From a virus (Duplodnaviria > Heunggongvirae > Uroviricota > Caudoviricetes), in IMG/VR virus record IMGVR_UViG_3300012007_000011, positions 64,155 through 127,383 of that record: DNA of 63,229 bases. One strand, given 5' to 3'. The translations under genes and the position numbers were made by a program. This document shows positions 10,423-20,369 of the stretch, piece after piece. The notes beneath the pieces were generated by a model. The model searched no databases and had not been told where the DNA came from. It saw only the letters and a list, made by a program, of their open reading frames with translations. The stretch's first letter is position 1; every line of letters starts with the position of its first letter.

Positions 10423-10539
10423 ATTTTTAAAATTATATGTTTTTAATTCCGTTACAAAACTAATACATTATTTTCAAATATCAAAATATTATAAGTTAAT
10501 TTTTGCTAAAAACGAAAAAATCATCTATATTTATCATGT

Positions 10540-10875
10540 ATGAAAAACTATATGAAATCATATGTTTATTTAATTTGTGATTCAGCGCAAGACCTTTTTA
10601 AAATTGGAGTTACTAAAAATCTATATAGTAAAAGAATGAAACAACTCCAAACTGGTAATGGTACTGAATTACATATTGTTAATTACCACGAAACTTACTA
10701 CCCATATAGAATTGAACAATTGTTGCATAACAATTTTCATTTAAAGAGAGAACACGGAGAATGGTTTAGATTAACAATTGAAGACATTATTTCATTTAAA
10801 CCATTATGTGAGAAATTTGAACATTTAATTGAAGTAATGAAAAATAACCCGTTCTTTTCTAAGAATTTACATTAG
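10540..10875 (+). CDS. T5orf172/MUG113-like GIY-YIG family protein
   Basis: YVYLI...FKIGVTK...RMKQLQTGN...IEQLLH...HGEWF. Confidence 0.8.
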   Translation: MKNYMKSYVYLICDSAQDLFKIGVTKNLYSKRMKQLQTGNGTELHIVNYHETYYPYRIEQLLHNNFHLKREHGEWFRLTIEDIISFKPLCEKFEHLIEVMKNNPFFSKNLH

Positions 10876-11248
10876 TTTTCTTTTGTATTATATCTTTTAC
10901 CATACGTTTAGTACACTCTTGTCTTAAACGCTGTATTATATAATCACCATGACAACTTTCTTTCAAATTGCAATAACAGCCAATCCAAACTTCATCATAT
11001 TTCATACAAGCATCCACCATTTTCTCAAATTCTTCCCTAAACTCAGGAATTTCTTTTAGACAATTTTCAAAATATCTTTTATATCTTTCAATGGCTTCTT
11101 CTCTTGTTTTAACAACAATCATTGCTTTTGTGTGCTTGTTTTTAATGTGGGTATAAGGGTTGCCAAATAAATAGCCACGATGTACCCTAAATACGTTTTC
11201 TCCATTATGTTCTTCATTTAATACACAATATCTTTTTATCTGACTCAT
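10859..11248 (-). CDS. DUF4326-like protein
   Basis: RGYLFGNPY...REEAIERY...GCYC...CHGD. Confidence 0.7.
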   Translation of the reverse strand: MSQIKRYCVLNEEHNGENVFRVHRGYLFGNPYTHIKNKHTKAMIVVKTREEAIERYKRYFENCLKEIPEFREEFEKMVDACMKYDEVWIGCYCNLKESCHGDYIIQRLRQECTKRMVKDIIQKKTNVNS

Positions 11249-11320
11249 AATAAGAAGAAATTAAAAAGAGGTACGATATAACATACCGCACCTCATTATT
11301 TTGCAATTTTCAATTACCAA

Positions 11321-12367
11321 TTACTGTACGGTAACAACTGCCACACGATTAGAAGCCTCGCCAACTACACCACGTCCAACAATCTCAGTTACTGTAACAT
11401 TCTTTCCACGCAGATAATCAGCAACTGCATTTGCTCTACGCTGTGACAAATCCTTATTGTATTGCTCAGTACCCTCCGGTGAAGCATACGCATTAACCTT
11501 TACAGTTCCACTAACATTGTCAAGAGTTGCCTTTGCATCAGAAGTAAGCACGTCACTATTATAAGCGAAATATACTACATACTCATTGCCATTAACAACC
11601 TTAGTGACCTCCTTAACAATCTCTCGCTCACGTACAATCTCAGTAGGCTTCTTTGCAAGTTCCTCACGGAGACGGTTAATCTCATCCTGCATTGCACCAA
11701 CGTCATATACCTTAAAGTGACGTGTTCCATTTGAGGTCTTGAAATGATAGGTATAACCAACACCAAGATAAAGTTGAGCACTATTCTTGCAGAATGTCAA
11801 AGGCATTGTGTGTGAATGTGTTACATTCCAAAGTACGGCAGGACGTACACTAATTGTGTGTGCCTTCTCCTTACCAAGATTGAAAGCAAAATCCAAGCCA
11901 GTCTTTACACCAAGTCCGTTGTTAGCCTTATCACTCTGATTAGGTGTAAATGTGTGAATCCAACCAGTACCTGCAAGAGCACTCAACTCAAACTTACGTG
12001 GTGTTCCATTATAACCACACAAAAGATTTGTAAGGTTAACCAAACCATTTACGCCAACATAAAGTCCACGGAATGCATTATGTGCTCCATAAGTATCAAA
12101 GCGTGACAGTGTTCCACCGAAATCATGACTGCCAAACCACGCAGTACCCTCAACCTCTGCACCAATTACAGGTGTAAACAACTTACCAACGTGAAGCGTA
12201 GCGGTTGAATTAAGAGGGAAAACATGGTCAAATGCCAAAGGTGTCGCTACACCACCCTCAATACCAACATACGTATTGTCAAGAACCTTACTTGTCTGCA
12301 CAGCAGTCTGTGCGTTCACTACAATGGCACTAAATGCCATAATCATCATAAAAATAAACTTCTTCAT
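11321..12367 (-). CDS. ompA: OmpA-family outer-membrane protein
   Basis: Signal peptide, beta-barrel ending LGVGYTYHF, C-terminal VYFAYNSD..AYASPEG...NKDLSQRRANAV. Confidence 0.9.
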   Translation of the reverse strand: MKKFIFMMIMAFSAIVVNAQTAVQTSKVLDNTYVGIEGGVATPLAFDHVFPLNSTATLHVGKLFTPVIGAEVEGTAWFGSHDFGGTLSRFDTYGAHNAFRGLYVGVNGLVNLTNLLCGYNGTPRKFELSALAGTGWIHTFTPNQSDKANNGLGVKTGLDFAFNLGKEKAHTISVRPAVLWNVTHSHTMPLTFCKNSAQLYLGVGYTYHFKTSNGTRHFKVYDVGAMQDEINRLREELAKKPTEIVREREIVKEVTKVVNGNEYVVYFAYNSDVLTSDAKATLDNVSGTVKVNAYASPEGTEQYNKDLSQRRANAVADYLRGKNVTVTEIVGRGVVGEASNRVAVVTVQ

Positions 12368-12428
12368 TTTCTATTCTTTTTTAAAAGTTAAACAATTATT
12401 TTATTTATTTAAATGTAATATTTCTAAA

Positions 12429-12564
12429 TTTCGTTTGCAAATATAATGCTTATTTTTGAAACTTCCAAATTTTTTCTGTTAAAAAATGTATTTTTGATGT
12501 TTTAAAAACACGTTTTATCATTTTTCGTTTGCAAATATAATGCTTATTTTTGAAACAAACAAAT
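12429..12564 (-). promoter_or_regulatory. Tandem near-identical Bacteroidota-type promoters upstream of ompA
   Basis: Two copies of ATTTG..TTTCAAAAATAAGCATTATATTTGCAAACGAAA (-33 TTTG, -7 TAnnTTTG) at 12429-12470 and 12523-12564. Confidence 0.8.
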
Positions 12565-12653
12565 TTATATGTTTAAAATTTGTTAAACACATGTTTATTT
12601 TTGTTTTTTAACCAATATTTATAAGAAACATTAGTATTTTATCTTATAACACA

Positions 12654-12998
12654 ATGAATTTAAAAAGAATGATTGATGAATGTGTTAGAACCACATTAAA
12701 AAATACAATAATGGAACAAAGAATAAATAACATTGTTTCGGACGTAATAAAACACAATCTTTATGAATCAGATGACCAAAACACTGAGATGAAGCGTAAT
12801 GCTGTAATGAAAGCATTAAAAGACCCTAAATACAATCACGCACAGTTAGCATATACACTTTGGCCTGACATGGATAAGGACGCTGCTCGTTCATTATTTT
12901 CAAAAATGGCAACTGGTACACCTGATAATGACGGTGTTGTACGTCATTTTAATGATGAAGATATAAATACCCTTTATCAAGCAATCAGAAAGAGATAA
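12654..12998 (+). CDS. Hypothetical, probable late/virion protein
   Basis: Late-type AT motif upstream; N-terminus like head-cargo proteins. Confidence 0.6.
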   Translation: MNLKRMIDECVRTTLKNTIMEQRINNIVSDVIKHNLYESDDQNTEMKRNAVMKALKDPKYNHAQLAYTLWPDMDKDAARSLFSKMATGTPDNDGVVRHFNDEDINTLYQAIRKR

Positions 12999-13022
12999 AT
13001 AGCAAATATATTAATTTTAAAT

Positions 13023-13604
13023 ATGAAGAGAACTATCAGATTAACGGAAAGCGAACTCAGAAATATAATTTCGGAATCCGTGAAAAAGATATTAAAAGAA
13101 ACAAGGTTTGATAAAAATGATAATTATCCACGTTTAGGTTCTGAAAAAAGTAGACCTGACGATATTCCTCCTGGTGATGAAGACATATATTATCCGGGCG
13201 ATATTAATCCAGATGTGTGGAATGCTCTGCAAAGGGGAGACTATGGCGAAGAAAAAATAAATGAAGATGGTTATTCTTATAATGGTGAAGATTATAGAAA
13301 AGAATTATTATCCAAATATGGGGCAATAGTTGATAAAGAAAATAACTATAAAGAAAACATTACACGTTTTAAAAACGCTTTTAAAACTGTTTTACGTGAT
13401 TATAGTATTGTTATTGACCTTAAAAAAAGCAAAAAAACATCTGAAACTGCTAGAAGAGTCTTTACAATGACATCCTTTTTAAATTTTATTAAAAAAGAAG
13501 AAGGACAAACTTTATATGATAAAATATGGGAAAAATATGGTGGAGAATATGAAGAAATGGCAGACCAATATTTACAATATTGGGTTTTAAAATTAAGAAA
13601 ATAG
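13023..13604 (+). CDS. Hypothetical protein with MKRTIRLTESELR N-terminal tag
   Basis: Same leader as the ORFs at 36276 and 58387. Confidence 0.7.
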   Translation: MKRTIRLTESELRNIISESVKKILKETRFDKNDNYPRLGSEKSRPDDIPPGDEDIYYPGDINPDVWNALQRGDYGEEKINEDGYSYNGEDYRKELLSKYGAIVDKENNYKENITRFKNAFKTVLRDYSIVIDLKKSKKTSETARRVFTMTSFLNFIKKEEGQTLYDKIWEKYGGEYEEMADQYLQYWVLKLRK

Positions 13605-13615
13605 ATTCAACACAA

Positions 13616-13641
13616 AAAAGCAGTCAATTACGACTGCTTTT
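13616..13641. terminator. Bidirectional intrinsic terminator
   Basis: AAAAGCAGTC-aattac-GACTGCTTTT between convergent genes. Confidence 0.75.
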
Positions 13642-13642
13642 C

Positions 13643-14068
13643 TTATGCCTCTACCTCAATGCCACCATCACCCAAACATTGCGGTTTTACTGTCTCAACT
13701 TCCCCATCATATTTCCATATTCGCTGATAAGCAAGACAAGAATACTTTCCAGGCTTAATACCAACGTCACAGAACTGATGAAGGATTTCCTCAATAAATT
13801 CAAGATTTTCCACAATAAATCCGTCAATTTCATGCATTTTTCTTGTTGCTTCCTCATCATATTCAGCACCAAGAGGATTTTCCTCTGTACCCGCAATTTT
13901 ATGGTCTTGCAAACCAAGAACCAAAGCCATAAAATCAAATAGATGTGATTCAGGATAAAGTCCATAATTATCAAAACCAACCTTACTGTCATTAAACTTT
14001 TGAACTTTCATAAGTTTAATAAACTTGATAATGTCCTCTGTAAAGACCAAACTAATTTTATTACCCAT
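13643..14068 (-). CDS. Hypothetical protein
   Basis: ORF in operon. Confidence 0.65.
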   Translation of the reverse strand: MGNKISLVFTEDIIKFIKLMKVQKFNDSKVGFDNYGLYPESHLFDFMALVLGLQDHKIAGTEENPLGAEYDEEATRKMHEIDGFIVENLEFIEEILHQFCDVGIKPGKYSCLAYQRIWKYDGEVETVKPQCLGDGGIEVEA

Positions 14069-14087
14069 ATTTTTACGTTTTTTAAGT

Positions 14088-14978
14088 TTATTCGTTAACC
14101 ATTTTCTTAAACTGTCTCATTTTTCCAACAGCAACATTACAGATTTGTCTAACACGTTCACCTCCAAGGTCTAACTTCATACCAATTGTATCAAAACTCT
14201 CCTGTATGCAGTTAATGCCATAGTGATGTTCAACAATATATCTTTCTCTTTCATTGAGTTTACCAAGAAAGAAATCCAACTTATGCTTTTTATATTCCTT
14301 GTCAATATTTTCCTGTATATTGTTAGTACTTGTTTTTTCCACATAAAATGGTGATTCCTCTACTGTATCATCGTCATCAAGCACACTATATTTTTCATCA
14401 ATTGAAATTGAACGACCTAATTCAATGTCTTCAAGATTAGAAATATTGAAATTAAACTTTTTTCTAACTAAATCAGCGATTTCATGTGTAGTTGGGTTGC
14501 GCTCATTTTCTGCATAGAAATCCCTAACTACATTTCTAACATAATTATGGATTTTTAATGCATTTGGCGGAACTACCGGATTTAATTGTGTAATTAGGTA
14601 ATTGTTTATATAAGCAACAATCCACGACAATGCATATGTTATCAGATGGCATTCCTTATCAGCATTATACTTTTCAATTGCTTTAATAAGACCAATGTTT
14701 CCTTCACTTACCAAATCACAAAATGTCTCAGGTGTACCCAACTTTTTGGCAATTGATATAACAAAACGTAAATTACAATTGATAAGTTTTTCCTTTGCTT
14801 CTTGACGTTCTTTTTCTGTTGCACCATTCTTTAATTGCATGAATAACTGATATTCTTCCTCTTCAGAAAGAACAGGATAACGTCTTATTTCGTTGAAATA
14901 TGTATCAACTACATTATTATCACGATTAACGTAGAAACTTGTTTTACTTCCGCAATCAAATTTATATTTAAAACTCAT
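14088..14978 (-). CDS. Sigma-70 family RNA polymerase sigma factor
   Basis: LINCNLRFVISIAK, DLVSEGNIGLIKAIEKY, ERVRQI. Confidence 0.9.
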   Translation of the reverse strand: MSFKYKFDCGSKTSFYVNRDNNVVDTYFNEIRRYPVLSEEEEYQLFMQLKNGATEKERQEAKEKLINCNLRFVISIAKKLGTPETFCDLVSEGNIGLIKAIEKYNADKECHLITYALSWIVAYINNYLITQLNPVVPPNALKIHNYVRNVVRDFYAENERNPTTHEIADLVRKKFNFNISNLEDIELGRSISIDEKYSVLDDDDTVEESPFYVEKTSTNNIQENIDKEYKKHKLDFFLGKLNERERYIVEHHYGINCIQESFDTIGMKLDLGGERVRQICNVAVGKMRQFKKMVNE

Positions 14979-14985
14979 ATTTATA

Positions 14986-15534
14986 TTATTTCTTTTTAAA
15001 AATTACAATACTTTTTCTCTCTTCATCACGTGGTGCAGAATCAAAAGATACCAAACCACTGTCTAACATAATGGATATGAACTGATAGAAAGACTTTTTT
15101 GATTCTTCACGTCTGCTTAATTCACGTCCCTTTAAATTCAATACAACCTTTACCTTATCACCATTCTCGATAAAATCCTTTGCTTTATTTGCCTTAATAT
15201 TCAAATCATGAACAGAAATATTTGCTGATAATTGTATTTCTTTTAATGTCGTTGTATTCTTTTTTCTTTGTTTTAACTGTTTTTTCAACTCATACAAATA
15301 TTTTGAATAATCTTCAAGTTTGATTATCGGTGGGTTTGTTTTTGAATTGATTTCAATTAAATCAAGTCCTTTTTCTTTCGAAAGTGAAACTGCCTCACTC
15401 CATTTTACAACTTTATTGAAATCATTTTCAGATTGTCCGTCTCTATATTCTTTATAAATGAGACGTACTTCGTTATAACCTGTAATTTCCCTATTAATAC
15501 GTGGTTCTTTAAATGAATTGTTGTTATTTGCCAT
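14986..15534 (-). CDS. infC: Translation initiation factor IF-3
   Basis: PRINREI..EVRLI, GLDLIEI..PPIIKLEDYSKYLYE, KEIQLS..I..HDL..K..FIENGDKVKV. Confidence 0.9.
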   Translation of the reverse strand: MANNNNSFKEPRINREITGYNEVRLIYKEYRDGQSENDFNKVVKWSEAVSLSKEKGLDLIEINSKTNPPIIKLEDYSKYLYELKKQLKQRKKNTTTLKEIQLSANISVHDLNIKANKAKDFIENGDKVKVVLNLKGRELSRREESKKSFYQFISIMLDSGLVSFDSAPRDEERKSIVIFKKK

Positions 15535-15541
15535 ATTTTAA

Positions 15542-16183
15542 CTAAAAATTAAGAATATCATCATCTTTTTTCTCTTTTTTTGTTGTAAGATAAGAATCAG
15601 TTGGTAAAAATGCTTTTTTTCTCATTTCTATTGCGGTTTCTCTTATCTTTTTTAACATTTCTTTATTTCCTTTATATTTTTCTTTATATTTTCTGAAATA
15701 AGAATTTTGTAACCTAATTTCTTCTTTTATGGTAATTTGATTATAATCATAAACATATAAATCAAGATTTTTCGTACATTCCTCTATAATGGATAAACAC
15801 TTATCTCTATCACCACGGCCATCAAATTTTGTACTGCCTAATAAAGTTGACAATACTTTTTTACCACTAAATTCAACATTTGCTGCCTTTAAACATTTTT
15901 CTAATGCATCATAATCAATAAAATTGTCTTTTCTCGAAGGATATGTACATATATACATTAAACAAATAATTGGCTTTGTTTCGTCTATTGTAATTCTTTT
16001 TCCTAATTTTCTTAAATCACCATATGGTGTTTTATTAATAACCTTTTCAATAATTGGATATTTTACATTCATTTTTCCTTGAAAACTACCCATTAATGTA
16101 TTATGAGTTGATATACCCATTAAAACAACGTCATAATCCTCAACGTCATAAATTGCTTCTTTTCCCTTTATAATTTTAACCAT
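15542..16183 (-). CDS. Hypothetical protein, possible macro-domain-like fold
   Basis: KIIKGKE..YDV..GIS.HNTLMG, LG..I.., YDALEKCL pattern. Confidence 0.4.
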   Translation of the reverse strand: MVKIIKGKEAIYDVEDYDVVLMGISTHNTLMGSFQGKMNVKYPIIEKVINKTPYGDLRKLGKRITIDETKPIICLMYICTYPSRKDNFIDYDALEKCLKAANVEFSGKKVLSTLLGSTKFDGRGDRDKCLSIIEECTKNLDLYVYDYNQITIKEEIRLQNSYFRKYKEKYKGNKEMLKKIRETAIEMRKKAFLPTDSYLTTKKEKKDDDILNF

Positions 16184-16258
16184 TACTACGAATTTTCAAA
16201 ACTTATGCAAAGGTATTATAATTTTTCCATATAAACAAAAATTTTCAGTTAAAAATAG

Positions 16259-16699
16259 TTAACTGACTAATTCTATTATTTGTTCATAAAAGTTAATATG
16301 CATTGGATGGGTCTTTTCTTTCAACACATCAAATGTAAACCAAGCATATTTATCAATCTCTGGACATAAGCCATTGTCAGCCATATTTGAAAAACATTTT
16401 TCTGGGTCTATATTCGGATAATATAATCCAAAAGCAACAACAATTTTATGTTTATTTTGTTTGGATGTTCCAAGTGGAATAAGATTTTTTTCTGTTATTC
16501 CTTCAAGTTTTAAACCACTTTCTTCCCTAAACTCACGAAGAGCAGTTTCTTCCCAAGTTTCTTCTCCTTCAACACCACCTTTAAGATAAGCCCAATAATC
16601 TTTCCATTGCCATCCAACTCCACCAGGATGACCAACAAAAAATTCTACTTCACCTTTACTATTTCTGCGAAAAGGAATTATACCAGCACTATAAATCAT
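16259..16699 (-). CDS. NUDIX hydrolase
   Basis: KGGVEGEETWEETALREFREESG Nudix box. Confidence 0.9.
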   Translation of the reverse strand: MIYSAGIIPFRRNSKGEVEFFVGHPGGVGWQWKDYWAYLKGGVEGEETWEETALREFREESGLKLEGITEKNLIPLGTSKQNKHKIVVAFGLYYPNIDPEKCFSNMADNGLCPEIDKYAWFTFDVLKEKTHPMHINFYEQIIELVS

Positions 16700-16702
16700 A
16701 AT

Positions 16703-17773
16703 TTACTTAAACATTTTTGATTTTTTTAATTTATTTAATATTTTTTTATCTTCTTCAGATAATGATGTGGGCATTATTTGTTCGATTTTAATGTACAAAT
16801 CTCCAACATAACTACCAACCTTAAAACCTTTTCCTTGTAGCCTATATAATTTACCATTTGGTGTACATTCACTAATGTTAATGCTATAAGTTTTACCGTC
16901 AAGATGTGTAATATTTAGATTTGTCCCAAGCAAACAATCTATAATAGGTACTTTAACTGTTTTAATAACATCCAATACATTATTTGAACTGATTTCATAT
17001 TCATTGTCCTTAACAATATTGAATGTAAACCTTAAGTCACCATTGACACCAAGGCCATGTTCGCAACTGTGTCCACCACCTTTGTGTATAAATGATTGCT
17101 GTAATACCTCATATATCGATGGTACTTTTATTGTCAATGTTTCTTTTGTTTCAACAACACCACTACCATTACAATGTGGACATTTATCCTTTACAATTTT
17201 TCCAATACCGCCACAATGAGGACAAGTTGTTATGCTTTCCATATAACTACCGATACCAATCTGTTGCTTTTGGCGAATCTGTCCGGTGCCATTACAGTAA
17301 GGGCAGTCTTCTGTTTTACCACTTTTACTTCCGCTTCCCTTACATTTTTCACATTTACGATTTACATTATATGTTATGTCCTTTGTAACATTATTATATA
17401 TTTCTTTTAAAGTAACGTTAACTTTAAGAACTTTATCCCTACCTTTGAAAACACGTTGGTGTGGTTCGTCATCAAAACCAAAACCATGATGCATTTTCAT
17501 AAATTGTGCAAAAATATCTTCCGGATTAATATCCATTCCACCAAAATTATCATCAACAGTACCATATGTATCATAACGTTGACGTAAATCTTTATTTGAA
17601 AGAACACGATATGCTTCCGAAACCTCTTTGAATTTTTCTTCTGCTTCTTTATTTCCAGGATTTTTGTCCGGATGAAATTTTAACGACAACTTGCGGTAAG
17701 CAGATTTGATTTGCTTATCGTCAGCAGTCTTATCAATACCTAAAATATTATAATAGTCTTTATTTTGTGCCAT
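16703..17773 (-). CDS. dnaJ: Chaperone DnaJ
   Basis: J domain with HPD and four CxxCxGxG repeats; start moved to MAQNKDYY because a promoter lies at 17792-17823. Confidence 0.95.
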   Translation of the reverse strand: MAQNKDYYNILGIDKTADDKQIKSAYRKLSLKFHPDKNPGNKEAEEKFKEVSEAYRVLSNKDLRQRYDTYGTVDDNFGGMDINPEDIFAQFMKMHHGFGFDDEPHQRVFKGRDKVLKVNVTLKEIYNNVTKDITYNVNRKCEKCKGSGSKSGKTEDCPYCNGTGQIRQKQQIGIGSYMESITTCPHCGGIGKIVKDKCPHCNGSGVVETKETLTIKVPSIYEVLQQSFIHKGGGHSCEHGLGVNGDLRFTFNIVKDNEYEISSNNVLDVIKTVKVPIIDCLLGTNLNITHLDGKTYSINISECTPNGKLYRLQGKGFKVGSYVGDLYIKIEQIMPTSLSEEDKKILNKLKKSKMFK

Positions 17774-17821
17774 TATTAAATTATTTATTTGCAAATATAC
17801 GTATTTTTCTTTAAATAGCCA

Positions 17822-17860
17822 AACATTATGTGTTAAAAAATATTAAAAACACATAATGTT
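17822..17860. repeat. Perfect 13-bp inverted repeat between dnaK and dnaJ
   Basis: AACATTATGTGTT-N13-AACACATAATGTT. Confidence 0.8.
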
Positions 17861-17872
17861 CAGCCTTAAAAA

Positions 17873-19813
17873 TTATACCTCTTCAACATCTTCAACATTT
17901 GTTTTGGTTTCTGTCTTCTGATTGTTTCCACTATTGAAAACATCATTAAAATTAGAATTTTTGAAATCAAAACCTTGTTGGCCAAAACCAAACGGATTTG
18001 AACCATTCTGTTGACCATTGGTGTAAACCCTTGAACCAACACTTGCAAGACGTTGATTAACCTCATTAATCAATTTGTCAGCATTTGCCAAATCACCATC
18101 ACGAACAGTTTTAAGTTCATTAATTTTGTTTTCAAAATAAGTTTTATCTTCCTCAGTAAGAATGTCCGTCTTATCCTTATAATCTTCGACAAATTTCTCA
18201 ACTTGATAAACTGTTCCGTCTATCTGATTCTGCTTATCAAGACGCTCTTTTGTTTTTGCATCCTCTGCTGCATGTTCCTCTGCCTCACGTTTAATTCTAT
18301 CAATTTCATCCTGTGACAAAGTATGTTTATTCTCAATTGTGATATGCTGTTCCTTACCAGTTGCATTATCTGTAGCACTAACCGAAAGAATACCATTAGC
18401 ATCAATATCAAACTTTACTTTAATTTGAGGAACACCTCTTCTTGCAGGTGCAATACCATCCAAATTGAATAGTCCAATTTGCTTATTATCTTTCGCCATT
18501 GGACGTTCACCTTGTAATACATTAATAGTTACTGCTGTCTGATTATCAACTGCTGTACTAAAAATTTGTTCTTTTGAACAGGGAATTGTTGTATTTGATT
18601 CAATCAATGTTGTCATAACACCACCCATAGTCTCAATACCAAGACCTAAAGGACATACATCGAGAAGCAGAATTTCACTATTTGTATTACCAGCAAGAAC
18701 ATCCGCTTGTATTGCAGCACCTTCCGCAACTGCAAGGTCGAGATTAGCACTCTTAATCAGTTTGTCACCAAAGTTTTTAACTAATTCATCTTGTACTTTT
18801 GGTATACGACAAGAACCACCGACAAGTAAAATACCATCCAAATCACTTGCATTTAAATTAGCCTTTTCAAGTGCTGTTTTACCACAATTAATTACTTTTT
18901 CAACAATTGGTGAAATAATTTGTTCAAACTTGGCTTTTGTAACGGTCATTGTTAAATGTTGTGGAGCATTATCCTTAACACAAATATAAGGAAGATTTAA
19001 TTCGCTGCTTGAACTGTTGGATAATTCTATCTTTGCTTTCTCAACTGCCTCATATATACGTGACATTGCCATTGAATCACTTGTCAAATCAATTCCGCTT
19101 TCCTCTTTATATGTAGCAACCACATAATTAGAAATAAGTTTATCAATATCACTACCACCAAGATAAACATCGCCATAAGAAGCAAGAATTTCTACAACAT
19201 TATCAGATACATCAGCAACCGAAAAATCCAGAGTCGAACCACCAAAATCCACAACAAGATATTTACCATCTTTCTTTTTGTCAATATTAGAAGCAAGTAA
19301 AGCGGCTGTTGGTTCTGAAATAATACGAAGTACATTCAAGCCAGCAAGTTCGCCCGCTTGTTTTGTTGCACTTTTTGCAGCATCACTGAAAAATGCAGGA
19401 ACGGTAATAACAGCATCTGTGACATCACTTCCAAGATAGTCTTCTGCAATTTTTTTCATTTTTGTCAAAATCATTGCAGACAATTCCTCAGGCGAATATT
19501 TTCTTCCGTTAACTAAAATACGTGGAAGACCATTGTCATTTACAACATCATACTGTACGTGTTTAATTGCATCTTGTACCTCATCATAAGTTCCACCCAT
19601 AAACCTCTTTATAAGATTAATAGTTTCCTTTGGTGAAACAACCATTTGTCTCTTTGCTGAATTTCCAATCTTTGGATTACCTTCTTTAAGAGAAATGACG
19701 GAAGGTGTTGTATAACTACCTTCCTCATTTGCAATCACACTTGGTTTACCACCCTCAATTACACTTACTTCACTAAGTGTGCTACCAAGGTCAATTCCTA
19801 TTGCTTTACTCAT
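17873..19813 (-). CDS. dnaK: Chaperone DnaK/Hsp70
   Basis: [41 protein letters not shown]. Confidence 0.97.
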   Translation of the reverse strand: MSKAIGIDLGSTLSEVSVIEGGKPSVIANEEGSYTTPSVISLKEGNPKIGNSAKRQMVVSPKETINLIKRFMGGTYDEVQDAIKHVQYDVVNDNGLPRILVNGRKYSPEELSAMILTKMKKIAEDYLGSDVTDAVITVPAFFSDAAKSATKQAGELAGLNVLRIISEPTAALLASNIDKKKDGKYLVVDFGGSTLDFSVADVSDNVVEILASYGDVYLGGSDIDKLISNYVVATYKEESGIDLTSDSMAMSRIYEAVEKAKIELSNSSSSELNLPYICVKDNAPQHLTMTVTKAKFEQIISPIVEKVINCGKTALEKANLNASDLDGILLVGGSCRIPKVQDELVKNFGDKLIKSANLDLAVAEGAAIQADVLAGNTNSEILLLDVCPLGLGIETMGGVMTTLIESNTTIPCSKEQIFSTAVDNQTAVTINVLQGERPMAKDNKQIGLFNLDGIAPARRGVPQIKVKFDIDANGILSVSATDNATGKEQHITIENKHTLSQDEIDRIKREAEEHAAEDAKTKERLDKQNQIDGTVYQVEKFVEDYKDKTDILTEEDKTYFENKINELKTVRDGDLANADKLINEVNQRLASVGSRVYTNGQQNGSNPFGFGQQGFDFKNSNFNDVFNSGNNQKTETKTNVEDVEEV

Positions 19814-19825
19814 AATTTCTTTAAA

Positions 19826-20308
19826 TTAAAATAACTTCTTTATATTATTCAATTTATTAGTAAGTTCTTTATTTTTATGAATGAGACTTTCCAAATCGTT
19901 ATTTTGTTTCTCAATTGTTAACTCATTATCACGATTATAATCCTTAAGATGTTTAATAGTCTCATTTTTCTTTTCAATTTCTTTAAGCAAACGTTCATTT
20001 TCTGCCTTCAATTCTCTAATCTGTCTCTCTGTATTGAACTGTTTGTTTTCTTGATTTTCAATTGCCTTATTTTCACCCTGTTTAACTGTAAGACAATTAT
20101 CATTGATGTCTTTAATTACTTTACCATCTTTTACCTCTTTTTCCTTATGAAGAACATGTTTACCGTCTTCATACTCATCTTCGATTGCATGGAAATAAGA
20201 TTTACCATCATTTTCTGCATTGTTTTTCTTTTCAAAATCTTTCATTTTCTCAGCGAACTTTTCCCAATCAATATCGCCAAAAAGTTCATTAAAAAGTGTT
20301 TCAAACAT
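19826..20308 (-). CDS. Hypothetical coiled-coil protein upstream of dnaK
   Basis: ORF with C-terminal heptads; first gene after a promoter near 20355. Confidence 0.65.
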   Translation of the reverse strand: MFETLFNELFGDIDWEKFAEKMKDFEKKNNAENDGKSYFHAIEDEYEDGKHVLHKEKEVKDGKVIKDINDNCLTVKQGENKAIENQENKQFNTERQIRELKAENERLLKEIEKKNETIKHLKDYNRDNELTIEKQNNDLESLIHKNKELTNKLNNIKKLF

Positions 20309-20369
20309 AACTTAAACTATTTTTTATTAATTTATTTTCTAATATACTATATACAAATAACATGCCAAA

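Noticed and set aside
19826-20308. GrpE, suggested by position next to dnaK
   Set aside because: The coiled coil is C-terminal and the conserved GrpE beta-domain motifs are absent.
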